Position numbers and translations under genes: made by a program
Source: Planctomycetota bacterium
GTDB taxonomy: Bacteria; Planctomycetota; PLA2; JAEUHO01
NCBI GenBank assembly: GCA_030066775.1
Contig: JASJAY010000003.1
Location: forward strand, 53 to 64,052
DNA: 64,000 nt
Direction: 5' to 3'
Shown: in pieces, positions 1 to 10,598 of the stretch
How positions within the stretch are numbered: the first letter of the stretch is position 1
Layout of the letters: every line of letters starts with the position of its first letter
The notes under the pieces: model-generated
What the model saw: the letters and a program-made list of their open reading frames with translations, nothing else
The model's database searches: none
What the model was told of the DNA's origin: nothing

Positions 1-1724
1 CGCAGGTCGTCCACGATCATCGTGTCGAGCTCCTGCGCCCCGGTCACGGCGAAGCCGCGCAGGATCGGGTCGATGCCGCCCTCGTCCAGGATGCGGTTCG
101 GCGAGAAGAAGGCGTCGCGCAGCGCGAGCGGCCCCTCCGCGATGGGCAGGAGCTGCGCATCGAGACGGTGCACGGTCGAGGAGACGAGGCTGTGGCCGAA
201 GCGGTAGCACGCCGTCGAGAACACGTTGTCGATGTCGGGCTGCACGGCGGGCTGGTAGCCGCCGTAGGGCGCGATCGCGGTCGGACCGAGCAGGACGGGC
301 AAGAACTCGTTGAACGTGATCGACTGCATGAGCGCGCCGACGTAGCGGCGTGCGGCCTGGTAGATCTCCTCGCCCGTCAGGTGCGGGTTCATCAGCCGGA
401 GCTCGTCTGCGAGGCGGTTGTGCTCGCGCAGGAAGACCGTGTGCAGCGAGGTGAGCCCCACCTGCTCGTTCGCGCGGACGTCGCCGCAGAGGAAGAGCGC
501 GGTCGGGTCGCCGCCGTTGTCCGCGTTGGGGAGCCCGCCGGTGTTGAACGGGGGCAGGTCGCCGGCACTGGTGCGCATGCGCCCGGTGCCGTCGTTCGTG
601 CGCAGGGCGTTCTGGCGCACCGCGTCCGAGCCGTAGACCGCCGAGCCGTCGATCCAGGCGGTGATGGCGTTCGTCTGCTGGCGCGGATTGTTGGTGCCCG
701 TCGCCACGTCGTAGATCGAGCGCATGAACGGAAGGATCACGTTGCCGAAGTTCAGCGGGTCGAAGTGGAGGTCGCCCGTCGGCACCTGCACATGGAAGGG
801 CTCCGGCGGCGTTGCACCTTCCGTGAGGTCGATGTCGTGGTCCAGGAACTGGCCCCAGAGCCAGAACATGTCGGAGGCCCCGACGCTGTTCGCGGGCGCG
901 CTGGTCTGCGCGGACACGGCGTTGCTGATCGCGCGCGGGTTCGGGCGCGCGGCGCCGCTGGGCTGACTGAGCCCGTCGGCGTAGGCCGAGGCCACGGCGC
1001 GGCGGAGCTGGATGTGCGCCGCGCCCCAGAACGGGTTCGTGGCGTTGTTCCCCGAGCCGTCGATCGAGCGGATCTCGCACACGAGACAGGTGAGCGAGAT
1101 CGGCACGCCGGCCACGGCGGTCTGGCCGTCGCCGGAGACGATCTGGACCGTTCCGGCCATCGAGCCCGAGAAGCTCGGGATGAGCGGTGAGACGGCGAAC
1201 GCCGACGTGCCGCCGACGCCCATGCTCATCTCGATCTCGGGCCCCACGGCGACGCCGTTGCCGTCGTGGAAGCGCGCGGTCACGGGATGGATCAGGTTCA
1301 CGCCCGCGACCATGAACGGCGTGTTCGCGTTCGCGTCGAAGGTGTTCGGCGTACAGCTGGTGAGGACCGGCTGTTCGTTGACCACGAGGCCGTTCACGAG
1401 CGTCGGCGTGAAGCTGCGCGGCGTGTACAGGTAGACGTCGTAGGTGCCGGCGGGGATCTGGTTCGGGGCGAGCGGCAGGATCGCCGTCGTGCTGCTCGTG
1501 GGCGTGACGGGGAAGTCGCCGACGCCGATGACGTGCATGGTCAGGCCGGCTTCGAAGAGCTGGGCGCCCGTGATCGGCACGTCCGTCTGGATGCTCGTCG
1601 GCACGCCGCTCGGGCCGCCCACCGTGTGCAGGGCCATGGGGCCGGCGCCGCCCGAGCCGCCGCAGCCCGCGGCCGCCGTGCTGAGCAGGGCGACCATGAT
1701 CCAGGCTGCAATGCGGAATCGCAC
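1..1724 (-). CDS. Lipoprotein animal-type heme peroxidase (peroxidase-cyclooxygenase superfamily), 3' end outside window
   Basis: Hand translation (absent from ORF track): GTG at 1724 after GAGGAG; lipobox STAAAGC; peroxidase motifs RSIDGSGNN, WGQFLDHD, TAWIDGSAVYG, GDVRANEQ, FLREHNR, YRFGHS. Confidence 0.92.
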   Translation of the reverse strand, partial: MRFRIAAWIMVALLSTAAAGCGGSGGAGPMALHTVGGPSGVPTSIQTDVPITGAQLFEAGLTMHVIGVGDFPVTPTSSTTAILPLAPNQIPAGTYDVYLYTPRSFTPTLVNGLVVNEQPVLTSCTPNTFDANANTPFMVAGVNLIHPVTARFHDGNGVAVGPEIEMSMGVGGTSAFAVSPLIPSFSGSMAGTVQIVSGDGQTAVAGVPISLTCLVCEIRSIDGSGNNATNPFWGAAHIQLRRAVASAYADGLSQPSGAARPNPRAISNAVSAQTSAPANSVGASDMFWLWGQFLDHDIDLTEGATPPEPFHVQVPTGDLHFDPLNFGNVILPFMRSIYDVATGTNNPRQQTNAITAWIDGSAVYGSDAVRQNALRTNDGTGRMRTSAGDLPPFNTGGLPNADNGGDPTALFLCGDVRANEQVGLTSLHTVFLREHNRLADELRLMNPHLTGEEIYQAARRYVGALMQSITFNEFLPVLLGPTAIAPYGGYQPAVQPDIDNVFSTACYRFGHSLVSSTVHRLDAQLLPIAEGPLALRDAFFSPNRILDEGGIDPILRGFAVTGAQELDTMIVDDL

Positions 1725-1799
1725 CGTCCACGTCTCCTCGGGCCGACGCGCCACCACGCGCGGTCCACCGGGTTCCAGACGCGATGGTAGCGATCCGCC

Positions 1800-1836
1800 T
1801 CAGGGGGGGAACCCCTCCCCGCTGTCAGGGGGGGAA
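1800..1836. repeat. Direct repeat TCAGGGGGGGAA x2 upstream of the peroxidase
   Basis: Identical 12-mers at 1800-1811 and 1825-1836 in intergenic DNA; function inferred only. Confidence 0.5.
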
Positions 1837-1894
1837 ATGGACGAAACGCGGCCTCGAAGCGGGCACGGGGCCCGGAATTGGGCCTTACGGGGCG

Positions 1895-2812
1895 CTACAT
1901 CGACTCCTCGGTCGAGTGCTTGTCGCGCTTGCGGCGGCCGAAGAGCAGGCGGTGCTCCTGGTGGGCGCGCATGGCGGCGTAGAACTCCGTCAGGAAGCGC
2001 TCGACGTCCGCGCGCTTGACGGACTGGTCGTAGCCGATCTTGCGGCAGATCTTGCGCGTCACGGCGACCATCGCGTCCCGCGTGGCACCGACCCGGCTCT
2101 GGCGCAGGAGGTCCTCGAGCACCTGGAGCTCGTAGATGCCGTAGACGGCGAGCTGCTCGGGGGTGAACACGAAGCGCCGGCCCTCCTTCTCCGTGCGCTT
2201 CTGGGTCTTGCCGCCCAGGTCCTCGAGCAAGAGCGTCTTCGGCGTGAGCACGACCATCGTGCCGGCGACCATGTCGCCGATGCGCAGCCGCTGCCGGTTC
2301 CAGAGGGGCATGCCGGCGAAGACGAGGATCCAGGTCATGGCCACGAGCTGCACCCAGCCGGGGGCATCGGGCCACATCGCTTCCGGGAACAGCAGGACGG
2401 TGAGCGGGACCTGGACCTCGAGCACGCGCGTCAGGTTGCGCGCCACGATCGCCTCGGGCGTGATCGGACCGGCGTGCCGGCTGACGACGCGGATGCCGGC
2501 GCGCTGCTTGCCCGGCGTCATGCCGCGCCGGCGGACCTCGAACCAGATGAAGTAGAACTGCTCTACCAGGAACGACACGATGATCACGACGGTGAGGATC
2601 CACCCCGCGTCCTGCTCGCCGCGGTCCACCAGGCTGGCGAGGATCAACAGCGCGACGATGATCAGCTTGCTCAGGATCCAGTCGAGGACGAAGGCGCCGA
2701 GGCGGTCTCCGGCCAGCGCGATCGTGAACGGCAGGGGCACGCCCTCGGGCGTCGTGAGGACCTCTTCGCGTCCCCGCTCCGGACGGAGCAGATTGGGGCT
2801 GCGCGTACTCAT
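1895..2812 (-). CDS. RDD family membrane protein
   Basis: ATG 2812; [35 protein letters not shown] motifs. Confidence 0.88.
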   Translation of the reverse strand: MSTRSPNLLRPERGREEVLTTPEGVPLPFTIALAGDRLGAFVLDWILSKLIIVALLILASLVDRGEQDAGWILTVVIIVSFLVEQFYFIWFEVRRRGMTPGKQRAGIRVVSRHAGPITPEAIVARNLTRVLEVQVPLTVLLFPEAMWPDAPGWVQLVAMTWILVFAGMPLWNRQRLRIGDMVAGTMVVLTPKTLLLEDLGGKTQKRTEKEGRRFVFTPEQLAVYGIYELQVLEDLLRQSRVGATRDAMVAVTRKICRKIGYDQSVKRADVERFLTEFYAAMRAHQEHRLLFGRRKRDKHSTEESM

Positions 2813-3810
2813 ACCGGACGCCTCCGGCCGACGAACACGAAGTACGCGAACCAGATCCCCGCCGTGACTGCGGCGAAGGTGAAGCGCACGCCCATGTCGG
2901 TGATCCGCTGACGCGCGATGCCCTCGATGAACCCGGCGATGAACAGCATGAGCACGCCCATGAGCACCATCGCGCCCGCCTTGCGGCCGGTGCGCGCGAG
3001 GTTTTCGAGGCGCGAGTAGCGGCCCGGGAAGACGAGTGCGTGGGCCAGCGCGAGGCCGCCGGCCGCGCAGATCAGGATGGCGAGCAGCTCCGTGACCCCG
3101 TGGATCATGAGCCACGCCAGGAGGTCGACCTCGAGCCCGTGCACGCGGTACACGGCGAAGAACGAGCCGAGGATCAGCCCGTTGTAGACGACGTAGAGGA
3201 AGACCGGGATGCCCGCGGCGAAGCCCAGCGCGAAGTAGAGGATCCCGATCGACGCGTTGTGGGAGAAGAGCTGGCCGGAGAACTGGCCCAGGTCGCTCGA
3301 GGTGAACTCGTCGCTTCCGTAGAGCGAGTCGACGAGCTCGTCGCGCGACGCCTCCGGCCCGCGGTCGCCGGCGAGCTGGGACGGCACGAAGGCGTGGAAC
3401 GCCTCGGGCGACGCCATCGTGACGAGGTAGCCGGCCGCGACGCCGACGAAGAGGAAGAGCGCCGCCGTGAAGATGTGCCAGCGGAACTCGCGGATCGTCT
3501 GGGGGACCTTCTGCGTGAAGAACTCCACGACCACGTCGCGCGCATGCCGGCGCGAGCCGTACACGCAGAGGTAGGCGCGCGCGCACAGGTTCTCCAGGTA
3601 GTCGAGCAGGTTGCGGTCGAGCGAGATCGCGCGCGCGACGCTGAGCGCGGAGACGGTGCCGCGATACAGCTGCGGCAGCTGCGCGAGCTGCTCGCCGGTC
3701 AGGGCGCCGAGCCCGCGGCGCTCGACCTGCGCGACCAGGTTCTCCAGCCGGCGCCAGGTGGCCTCCCGCTCCTTGCGGAACTCGTAGCTGCGCAGGCGGA
3801 TGGCCGACAT
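2809..3810 (-). CDS. Stage II sporulation protein M (DUF95)-family membrane protein
   Basis: MSAIRLRSYEFRKERE start; NG-x3-G and IHGVTEL motifs; usual MoxR-operon partner. Confidence 0.85.
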   Translation of the reverse strand: MSAIRLRSYEFRKEREATWRRLENLVAQVERRGLGALTGEQLAQLPQLYRGTVSALSVARAISLDRNLLDYLENLCARAYLCVYGSRRHARDVVVEFFTQKVPQTIREFRWHIFTAALFLFVGVAAGYLVTMASPEAFHAFVPSQLAGDRGPEASRDELVDSLYGSDEFTSSDLGQFSGQLFSHNASIGILYFALGFAAGIPVFLYVVYNGLILGSFFAVYRVHGLEVDLLAWLMIHGVTELLAILICAAGGLALAHALVFPGRYSRLENLARTGRKAGAMVLMGVLMLFIAGFIEGIARQRITDMGVRFTFAAVTAGIWFAYFVFVGRRRPV

Positions 3811-5123
3811 CAGATCAGCTCCCGTCGCTTGATCTCGAGGTACTGGTTCAGCATGCGCGTGCTGACGTGCTGCGGCGCGACGTCGATGCACACGCAGCCC
3901 ATGCGCCGCAGCCGGGCCAGGACCACCTCGCGCTCGCGGACGAAGTCGCCCGCGACGACGGACTCGTAGAGTCCGGAGACGCGATCCGGGTCGCGCTCGG
4001 CGATCGCGAGCAGCTCCGGATCGCGCAGCGTGACGAAGAGCACGAGGTGGCGTCGCGCGAGGCGGTGCACGTTGTCGAGCATCAGCTCGGCCGTGACCGT
4101 GTCGACGAAGTCGGTGAGCAGCACGATCAGGGAGCGGCGCCGGAGGCGCGCGGAGAGCTCCGCGAGGCCGAGCGTGAAGTTCGTCTCGGAAGCGCTGTAC
4201 GCGAGGTCGGCCGTGAGGCGGCGCAGGCGCGGGAACGCGTGCACGCCCCCCTGGGGCTCGGCGTACGTGCGCACCTTCGAGTCGAAGGCGAAGAGCCCGA
4301 CGCGGTCGCCGGTGTGCAGCCCCATGTAGGCGAGCACGAGCGCGGCCGTCACGCCGTGGTCGAGCTTGGGGATGCCGCCCATGGGCTCCGACATGAGGTG
4401 GCCCGTGTCGAGGGCGAGGATCACGGAGTGGTTGCGCTCCGCGCGGTAGTCCTGGCAGATGAGCTTGCGGTGCCGCGCCGTGGCGCGCCAGCTGATGGCG
4501 CGGGAGTCGAGCCCGGGCACGTACTCGCGCAGCGAGTCGAACTCGGTGCCGTCGCCCACGTACCGCTCGACCTTCAGACCCGACGCGAACTCGTGCGGGG
4601 CGAAGAAGGCCATTGCCGTGCTGCGCACCGCGTTCACGTTGGGCTCGACGGGCACGTGGCGGTCGATGGGCACGTGCTTCTGGCGCTCGACCAGGCCAAA
4701 GGGGCTCGTCCAGCGCAGCCAGGCGCGCTGGACCTCGGCTTGGCCGCGGCGGACGGGCACGAGCTCGACGTCGACGTCGATCGTCTCGCCGGCGCGGGCT
4801 TCGACCTTCTGGGCCGGCTGGGGGGCGAGGGTCTCGCCCAGCTCCGGCAGGACCTCGATGCGCACCGGCGGCACGCCGCGCGGCATCAGCAGCTGCATCT
4901 GCATCGTGCCGCGTCCGCCGATCATCATCGCGTCGGGGGTCTCGATCTCGACGTGCAGCCGGCGCGGGCTCATCGCGAGGAGCGCGTCGACGCCCAAGAC
5001 GAGCAACGCACCGCCGAGGTAGATCAGCCAGAACACCCACAGATCGGGATCGAACATCACCGGCAGCACGGCGAGCGGGAACCCGATCAGGAAGAGCAGC
5101 AGGGTGACGGCGGTGGGGCGCAC
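3810..5123 (-). CDS. DUF58 (vWA-like) protein
   Basis: GTEFDSLREYVPG..ISWRATAR and LDTGHLM motifs; adjacent to MoxR. Confidence 0.9.
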   Translation of the reverse strand: MRPTAVTLLLFLIGFPLAVLPVMFDPDLWVFWLIYLGGALLVLGVDALLAMSPRRLHVEIETPDAMMIGGRGTMQMQLLMPRGVPPVRIEVLPELGETLAPQPAQKVEARAGETIDVDVELVPVRRGQAEVQRAWLRWTSPFGLVERQKHVPIDRHVPVEPNVNAVRSTAMAFFAPHEFASGLKVERYVGDGTEFDSLREYVPGLDSRAISWRATARHRKLICQDYRAERNHSVILALDTGHLMSEPMGGIPKLDHGVTAALVLAYMGLHTGDRVGLFAFDSKVRTYAEPQGGVHAFPRLRRLTADLAYSASETNFTLGLAELSARLRRRSLIVLLTDFVDTVTAELMLDNVHRLARRHLVLFVTLRDPELLAIAERDPDRVSGLYESVVAGDFVREREVVLARLRRMGCVCIDVAPQHVSTRMLNQYLEIKRRELI

Positions 5124-5147
5124 GGAGGCGAAGGCTCCTCTCAGGGA

Positions 5148-6104
<957 letters not shown>

Positions 6105-7376
6105 GCAGGATCTCCTGTCGCCATTCGTGGGCCATCCGGGCGGTGCGGAGCACGCGCTCGGGCGGCGGGTTGGGGTGCTCGGTGAGCGGGCGGGCCTGCT
6201 CGACGAGGTCGCGGTAGTGAAGCGTCGTCCGGCGCGAGCGCTCGACGCGATCGAACCACGCGGCCAGCTCGGCGCCCTTCAGCGCCGGCGGCGCGTGCAG
6301 CCGGCTCTTCACGACGCCGATCGTGTCTTGCAGATAGCGTCGGAGGACGGTCGCCGAGTGACCGCCGTACCGCAGGAGATCCGCGGTGTTGCGGATCAGA
6401 TAGCGGTTGCCGGGATCGATCTCCGGCGGGGGCTTCTGCGGGGAGCCGAAGCGGCGCATGCCGACCCAGAGCAGCATGATCACGCAGAAGACGGCGTGCA
6501 GCGGGATCAGCGCGAGCGGCATGCGGAAGAGCTCGCGCCAGAAGCTCGGCTCCTGGATGTGGCCGTGGCTCGTCTCGTCGATGACGACACCGCCGCCGCG
6601 GCGCATCAGCTCGATCAGCCGCACGACGAGCTCGGCGTTCTGCGCGTGCACGAGGCCGTGGTTGGAGAAGAGATCGGGATCCGACACGACGATGAGGCGA
6701 TGCATCGGCCCGTCGCCTTCTTCGTCGGGGATGAAGCGTCCCTCGCCGACGAGGATGTGGCCGTCGCTCGACGACACGATGGGATCGAGCATCTCCGTCT
6801 GCATCAGCTGCACGTGCCGAAGGGCGGGCGCGGGACCGAGCCCGCCGGTGCGCCACGTGAGTGCGTCCTCGTTCTCGGGGCGCACGATGAGCGCGTTCAC
6901 GTCGACGATACCGAGCGCCTGCTGGACCCGCTCGACGGTCATCAGCTCAGGGTCCGCGATCCACTCCGGATCCTCGAAGTCGGGGCGCGCCGTCCACTTC
7001 GGGAGCACGTAGAGGATGGAGCGCGCCGCCTCGAGCGAGATGCGCAGCTGGTGACCGGGGCTGTCTTCCTCGCCGAGCCCCGTGGGGGGGAAGTACGAGA
7101 ACTGCCCGTGCTCCCCCGGTTGGAGCAGCACCAGCACCCCGCTCTTCCCGGCGCGTTCGCCGCTCTCCCACGTGCTCTGGAAGACGGGGATGCCGAGCTC
7201 GTCGAGGAGCTCGTAGAGCGCCTGGTGTCCGGTGGCCGAGAGCCCGAAGGAGTCGAAGCGGTTCGACTCGATCGAGATGAGATCCTGGGCGAAGATCATC
7301 AGCAGCATGCCGCCCACGAACGACGTCACGCAGACGCCGATCACGATGATGAGCCCGCGGCGGCTGAAGGCGGCGC

Positions 7377-8135
7377 TCATGCCGTCGTCCTGATCGCGCG
7401 CTCCGCGTTGACGGCTTCGGCGAACTGCTCGAACTGGCGCGTGCAGCTCATGTACTCCACCCGGCCCGGCACGTCATGGCCGAAGAGCGAGACCTCCACC
7501 GCGGTGACCAGGCCGCGCAGGGCCTCGCGTGCGTCGTCGGGCAGCTCGACGCGCTCCAGGATCTCGCGGCTGGTCCACGACTTCTGCATGCCCCCGGGCA
7601 TCCGCCCCGCGAGGCGGCCCAGGGTCTCGAGCAGCAGCACGTGGATCGCTTCGTCGAAGCGGCCCGCGTCGGCGAGGCGCTCGGCCTTCGTCTTGGTCCC
7701 GGCGAGCTCGATCGGGGGCCTGGGTGGGGGCGCGCCCGCCTTCGGGCGCTCGAGCTCGACGTCCTTCGTGTACCCGCCGAGCAGCCGGACGAGCCACGTC
7801 AGGACGAGCACGCCACCGACGATCAGGAGCATCCAGATCAGGGCGTTGCCGAGATCGGCGCTGCCGCCGCTGCTGCCGCCTCCGCTGCTGCGGGAGCGCG
7901 AGCGCCGCGACGCGCGCGGGCGACGGGGCGAGCTGTCGGTCGAAGCGCGACGCGCCGTCGGTCGGCTCCGGGTGGGTTCGACGCGGCGGGGCTCGAAGTT
8001 CTGGTAGCGCGTGCGGCCGGGCATCTCGCGCTGGTAGCTCGCGTCTTCGAATACGCGCTTCGCCGCCTTCTGGATGTCCACGGGCGTGGGCACACCCAGA
8101 CAGATCCCCAAGAGCGCGCCGGCGACGATTCCCAC
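7377..8135 (-). CDS. DUF4129-like protein
   Basis: TM, A..GRFDEAIHVL, SWTSREI, VEVSLFG; first gene of operon; TAGAAT 6 nt upstream of GTG. Confidence 0.72.
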   Translation of the reverse strand: MGIVAGALLGICLGVPTPVDIQKAAKRVFEDASYQREMPGRTRYQNFEPRRVEPTRSRPTARRASTDSSPRRPRASRRSRSRSSGGGSSGGSADLGNALIWMLLIVGGVLVLTWLVRLLGGYTKDVELERPKAGAPPPRPPIELAGTKTKAERLADAGRFDEAIHVLLLETLGRLAGRMPGGMQKSWTSREILERVELPDDAREALRGLVTAVEVSLFGHDVPGRVEYMSCTRQFEQFAEAVNAERAIRTTA

Positions 8136-8200
8136 CCGCCGATTCTAGGCCCCTGGTCCAAGGGCCGACAAGGGCACCGAATCCGGTGGAACGGGGAGGG

Positions 8201-9580
8201 CTAGAAGTACTCGTGGGCGCAGCGCGTGCAGATCCCGTGGGACACCTGCAGATCGGGCGAGGCAGGCACGAAGTGCGAAATCGGGAGCCAGCGACGCCCC
8301 GGCACCTGGACGTCGTGGCACCAGGCGCACATGGCGATCCGGTCGTCGTCGGGGCGCTCCGGATCGTGGCGGACCAGCTGCTCCGTGAGGCTCTTGGCCA
8401 CCGTGCTCATGAGCGCGCCGTGTCGCTTCGACAGGCGCGTGCGATAGTCCGCGAGGATCTCCGGCACGTCCGGTGTCGCCTCCTGGATCTCCGGCAGCTC
8501 GCGGATGCACAGCTCGACCTCCGTGACGAGCGTCAGGAGGGATGTGGAGGCCAGCTCGAAGGCGCGTCGGGCAAGGAAGGGGTCACGCACCTCTTCGGCG
8601 AGGTATCGGCCCAGGGGCACCGCGTCGTGGTAGCGGACGCCGGCGGGCTCGGCCTCGAGCCCCCGGATGGCGTCCTCGGCCAGCGCCAGCGCGGCATCGC
8701 GACCGCCCGTGACGAGCCGGCAGCGGACGCGATCCAGCGCGGCGTGGCGCGCGAGGTCCGGACTCACCGGATCCTCCAGCGAGGCCAGGGACGCCTCGGC
8801 CTCGGCGTGGCGGCGCAGGCGAAGCAGGTTGAACGCACGCTGCACGCGGGCCGCATTGACGTAGTACCGGCCACTCGGCATCGCCTCACCGCGCGCTTCG
8901 CACAACGCGAGCAGCTCGAGCGCGACCTCTGAGTCGCCGCGGATGCGCGCCAGCTCGGCGCGCGCGAACAGGAGCTCGACACCGAGCGCCTCGGCCGCCG
9001 GACCGTCCGCGAGCACCTCGGCCGCGCGCTCCGCGTGCGCCAGGGCCTGCTCCAGACGCTCCGCGTCCTCGATGAGCACGAGCGTGCCGCAGTAGCGCTT
9101 CCAGGCGAACGCGCCCCAGTGGCGGTCCCCGATGCGCTCCGCCACGTCGATTGCGCGGCGCGCGAGGATGAGCGACTCGAGCACGCGCCGATCCTGCCCG
9201 AAGGAGAGGCTCAAGTTGAGGCAGGCCCGGAGCCAGGCGTCGTCGGGATCGTCCCGCTCGATCGCCAGCGTCTGCTGGAGGAGGTGCTTCGCGTCGTCCG
9301 CCCGGCCCTGCATCTGCGCGATCAGGGCAAGCGTGCCGCCGACGCGCCGGCGGAACCGCGGCTCGCCCTGGGCGCGCCAGGCAGCCTGGAGCAGCGGCTC
9401 GAACTCGAGGCGTTGGCGCAGATCCTGGCGGCAGATCCAGTCCAGCCGGTCCACGTCGTCGGCCGTCAGCGCATCGAGATGGGCGGCGTAGCCGGCGAGC
9501 GCGGCGGACGGGTCGTCCGTGCGCAGCTGGTCGAAGCGCGCGAGCGGCGCGTCGGTGGGGTCGGAAGGATGGATGCCCAT
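8201..9580 (-). CDS. TPR-like helical protein with C-terminal CxxC...HxxCxxC zinc motif
   Basis: Ala/Leu-rich helical repeats; C-terminus MCAWCHDV...VSHGICTRC. Confidence 0.7.
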   Translation of the reverse strand: MGIHPSDPTDAPLARFDQLRTDDPSAALAGYAAHLDALTADDVDRLDWICRQDLRQRLEFEPLLQAAWRAQGEPRFRRRVGGTLALIAQMQGRADDAKHLLQQTLAIERDDPDDAWLRACLNLSLSFGQDRRVLESLILARRAIDVAERIGDRHWGAFAWKRYCGTLVLIEDAERLEQALAHAERAAEVLADGPAAEALGVELLFARAELARIRGDSEVALELLALCEARGEAMPSGRYYVNAARVQRAFNLLRLRRHAEAEASLASLEDPVSPDLARHAALDRVRCRLVTGGRDAALALAEDAIRGLEAEPAGVRYHDAVPLGRYLAEEVRDPFLARRAFELASTSLLTLVTEVELCIRELPEIQEATPDVPEILADYRTRLSKRHGALMSTVAKSLTEQLVRHDPERPDDDRIAMCAWCHDVQVPGRRWLPISHFVPASPDLQVSHGICTRCAHEYF

Positions 9581-9692
9581 CGGGGCGCGCCTCGGGTGCC
9601 TTCTCGGCAGGCCGCGTCCCCTCCTCGCCAGCTCGATAGCAGTCTACGCGTGGGCACCGTCGCGCATACGTCTATCCGCGCGCCCCGCTGGA

Positions 9693-10598
9693 TCAGCGGC
9701 TGCCGGGCACGTCCACGTCGAACCGATGTCCACCCTCCTCGATGAGGATCTTGTGCTCGGTCGTGACGAGCGCGGTCCCGTCCGGGCCCTCGATCACGGC
9801 GTTCACGTAGTAGCGGCCCGGAAACATGCGCAGCTGCATGGGCGTCGTGCCCGGCAGGTCGGTCCACTCCTCGACGCGTCCGGCCTGCCGATCCCCCAAG
9901 CGATCCAGGATGCGGATGATCCGCAGACGATGGCCGGGCGCCTCGCGCACGACCTGCCCGGCGCGGTCGCGGACCACCGTACGGAAGACCACCTCGCGGT
10001 CGCCGCGCCAACCGATCTCGGCGACGAGACGCACGCCGATGCTGCCGTGCTTCTGCTCCGGATCGACACCGCACCGCACTCGGCCTGGTTGTCGCACGAC
10101 GCGCGCTCTGCCTTCTCGCGGGCCCACCGGATCGGAGAGGTCCTGCTCCGGATGCGGGCCGAACCAGTCCGCACACCAGCTTCCGATCGTGGTCCCCACC
10201 TTTGGCGGATGACGCCGCTGCGCCAACGCCCACTCCGCCTCGGTCGGAAGCCGGTAGCGGTGGTCTCCGTTCGCCTCCGTCATACGGGCGGCGAGCTCCT
10301 GTACTTCATGCCAGGTCGACCGCCGCGCGACCGGCGAACTCGCGATGTAGTAGGGGAGGCGCATCGTCACCGTGTGCACGTCCCCGCTCGGCGCGTGCCA
10401 GGGGAATTGGCCGGGCGCGACCAACAGGAACTCCGTTCCGCCCCGCTCCACGAACGAGGCGGGCACGCCGTGCCGCGCGGCGAACGCGGCGTACGCGTCG
10501 ACGACGGGCTCGGCGGGGCCGTGGGCATCGATCCGCGGCCCCACCACCATCGACAGCAGGAAGAGCGCGAGCGAGACGACGACCAGCAATCGGCCCAT
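9693..10598 (-). CDS. Exported FGE-sulfatase (SUMF1)-fold protein, divergent
   Basis: Signal peptide MGRLLVVVSLAL; YRLPTEAEW, WCADW, GVRLV motifs. Confidence 0.75.
   Translation of the reverse strand: MGRLLVVVSLALFLLSMVVGPRIDAHGPAEPVVDAYAAFAARHGVPASFVERGGTEFLLVAPGQFPWHAPSGDVHTVTMRLPYYIASSPVARRSTWHEVQELAARMTEANGDHRYRLPTEAEWALAQRRHPPKVGTTIGSWCADWFGPHPEQDLSDPVGPREGRARVVRQPGRVRCGVDPEQKHGSIGVRLVAEIGWRGDREVVFRTVVRDRAGQVVREAPGHRLRIIRILDRLGDRQAGRVEEWTDLPGTTPMQLRMFPGRYYVNAVIEGPDGTALVTTEHKILIEEGGHRFDVDVPGSR

Noticed and set aside
168..1790. Plus-strand ORFs at the window start
   Set aside because: Antisense to the clear minus-strand peroxidase.
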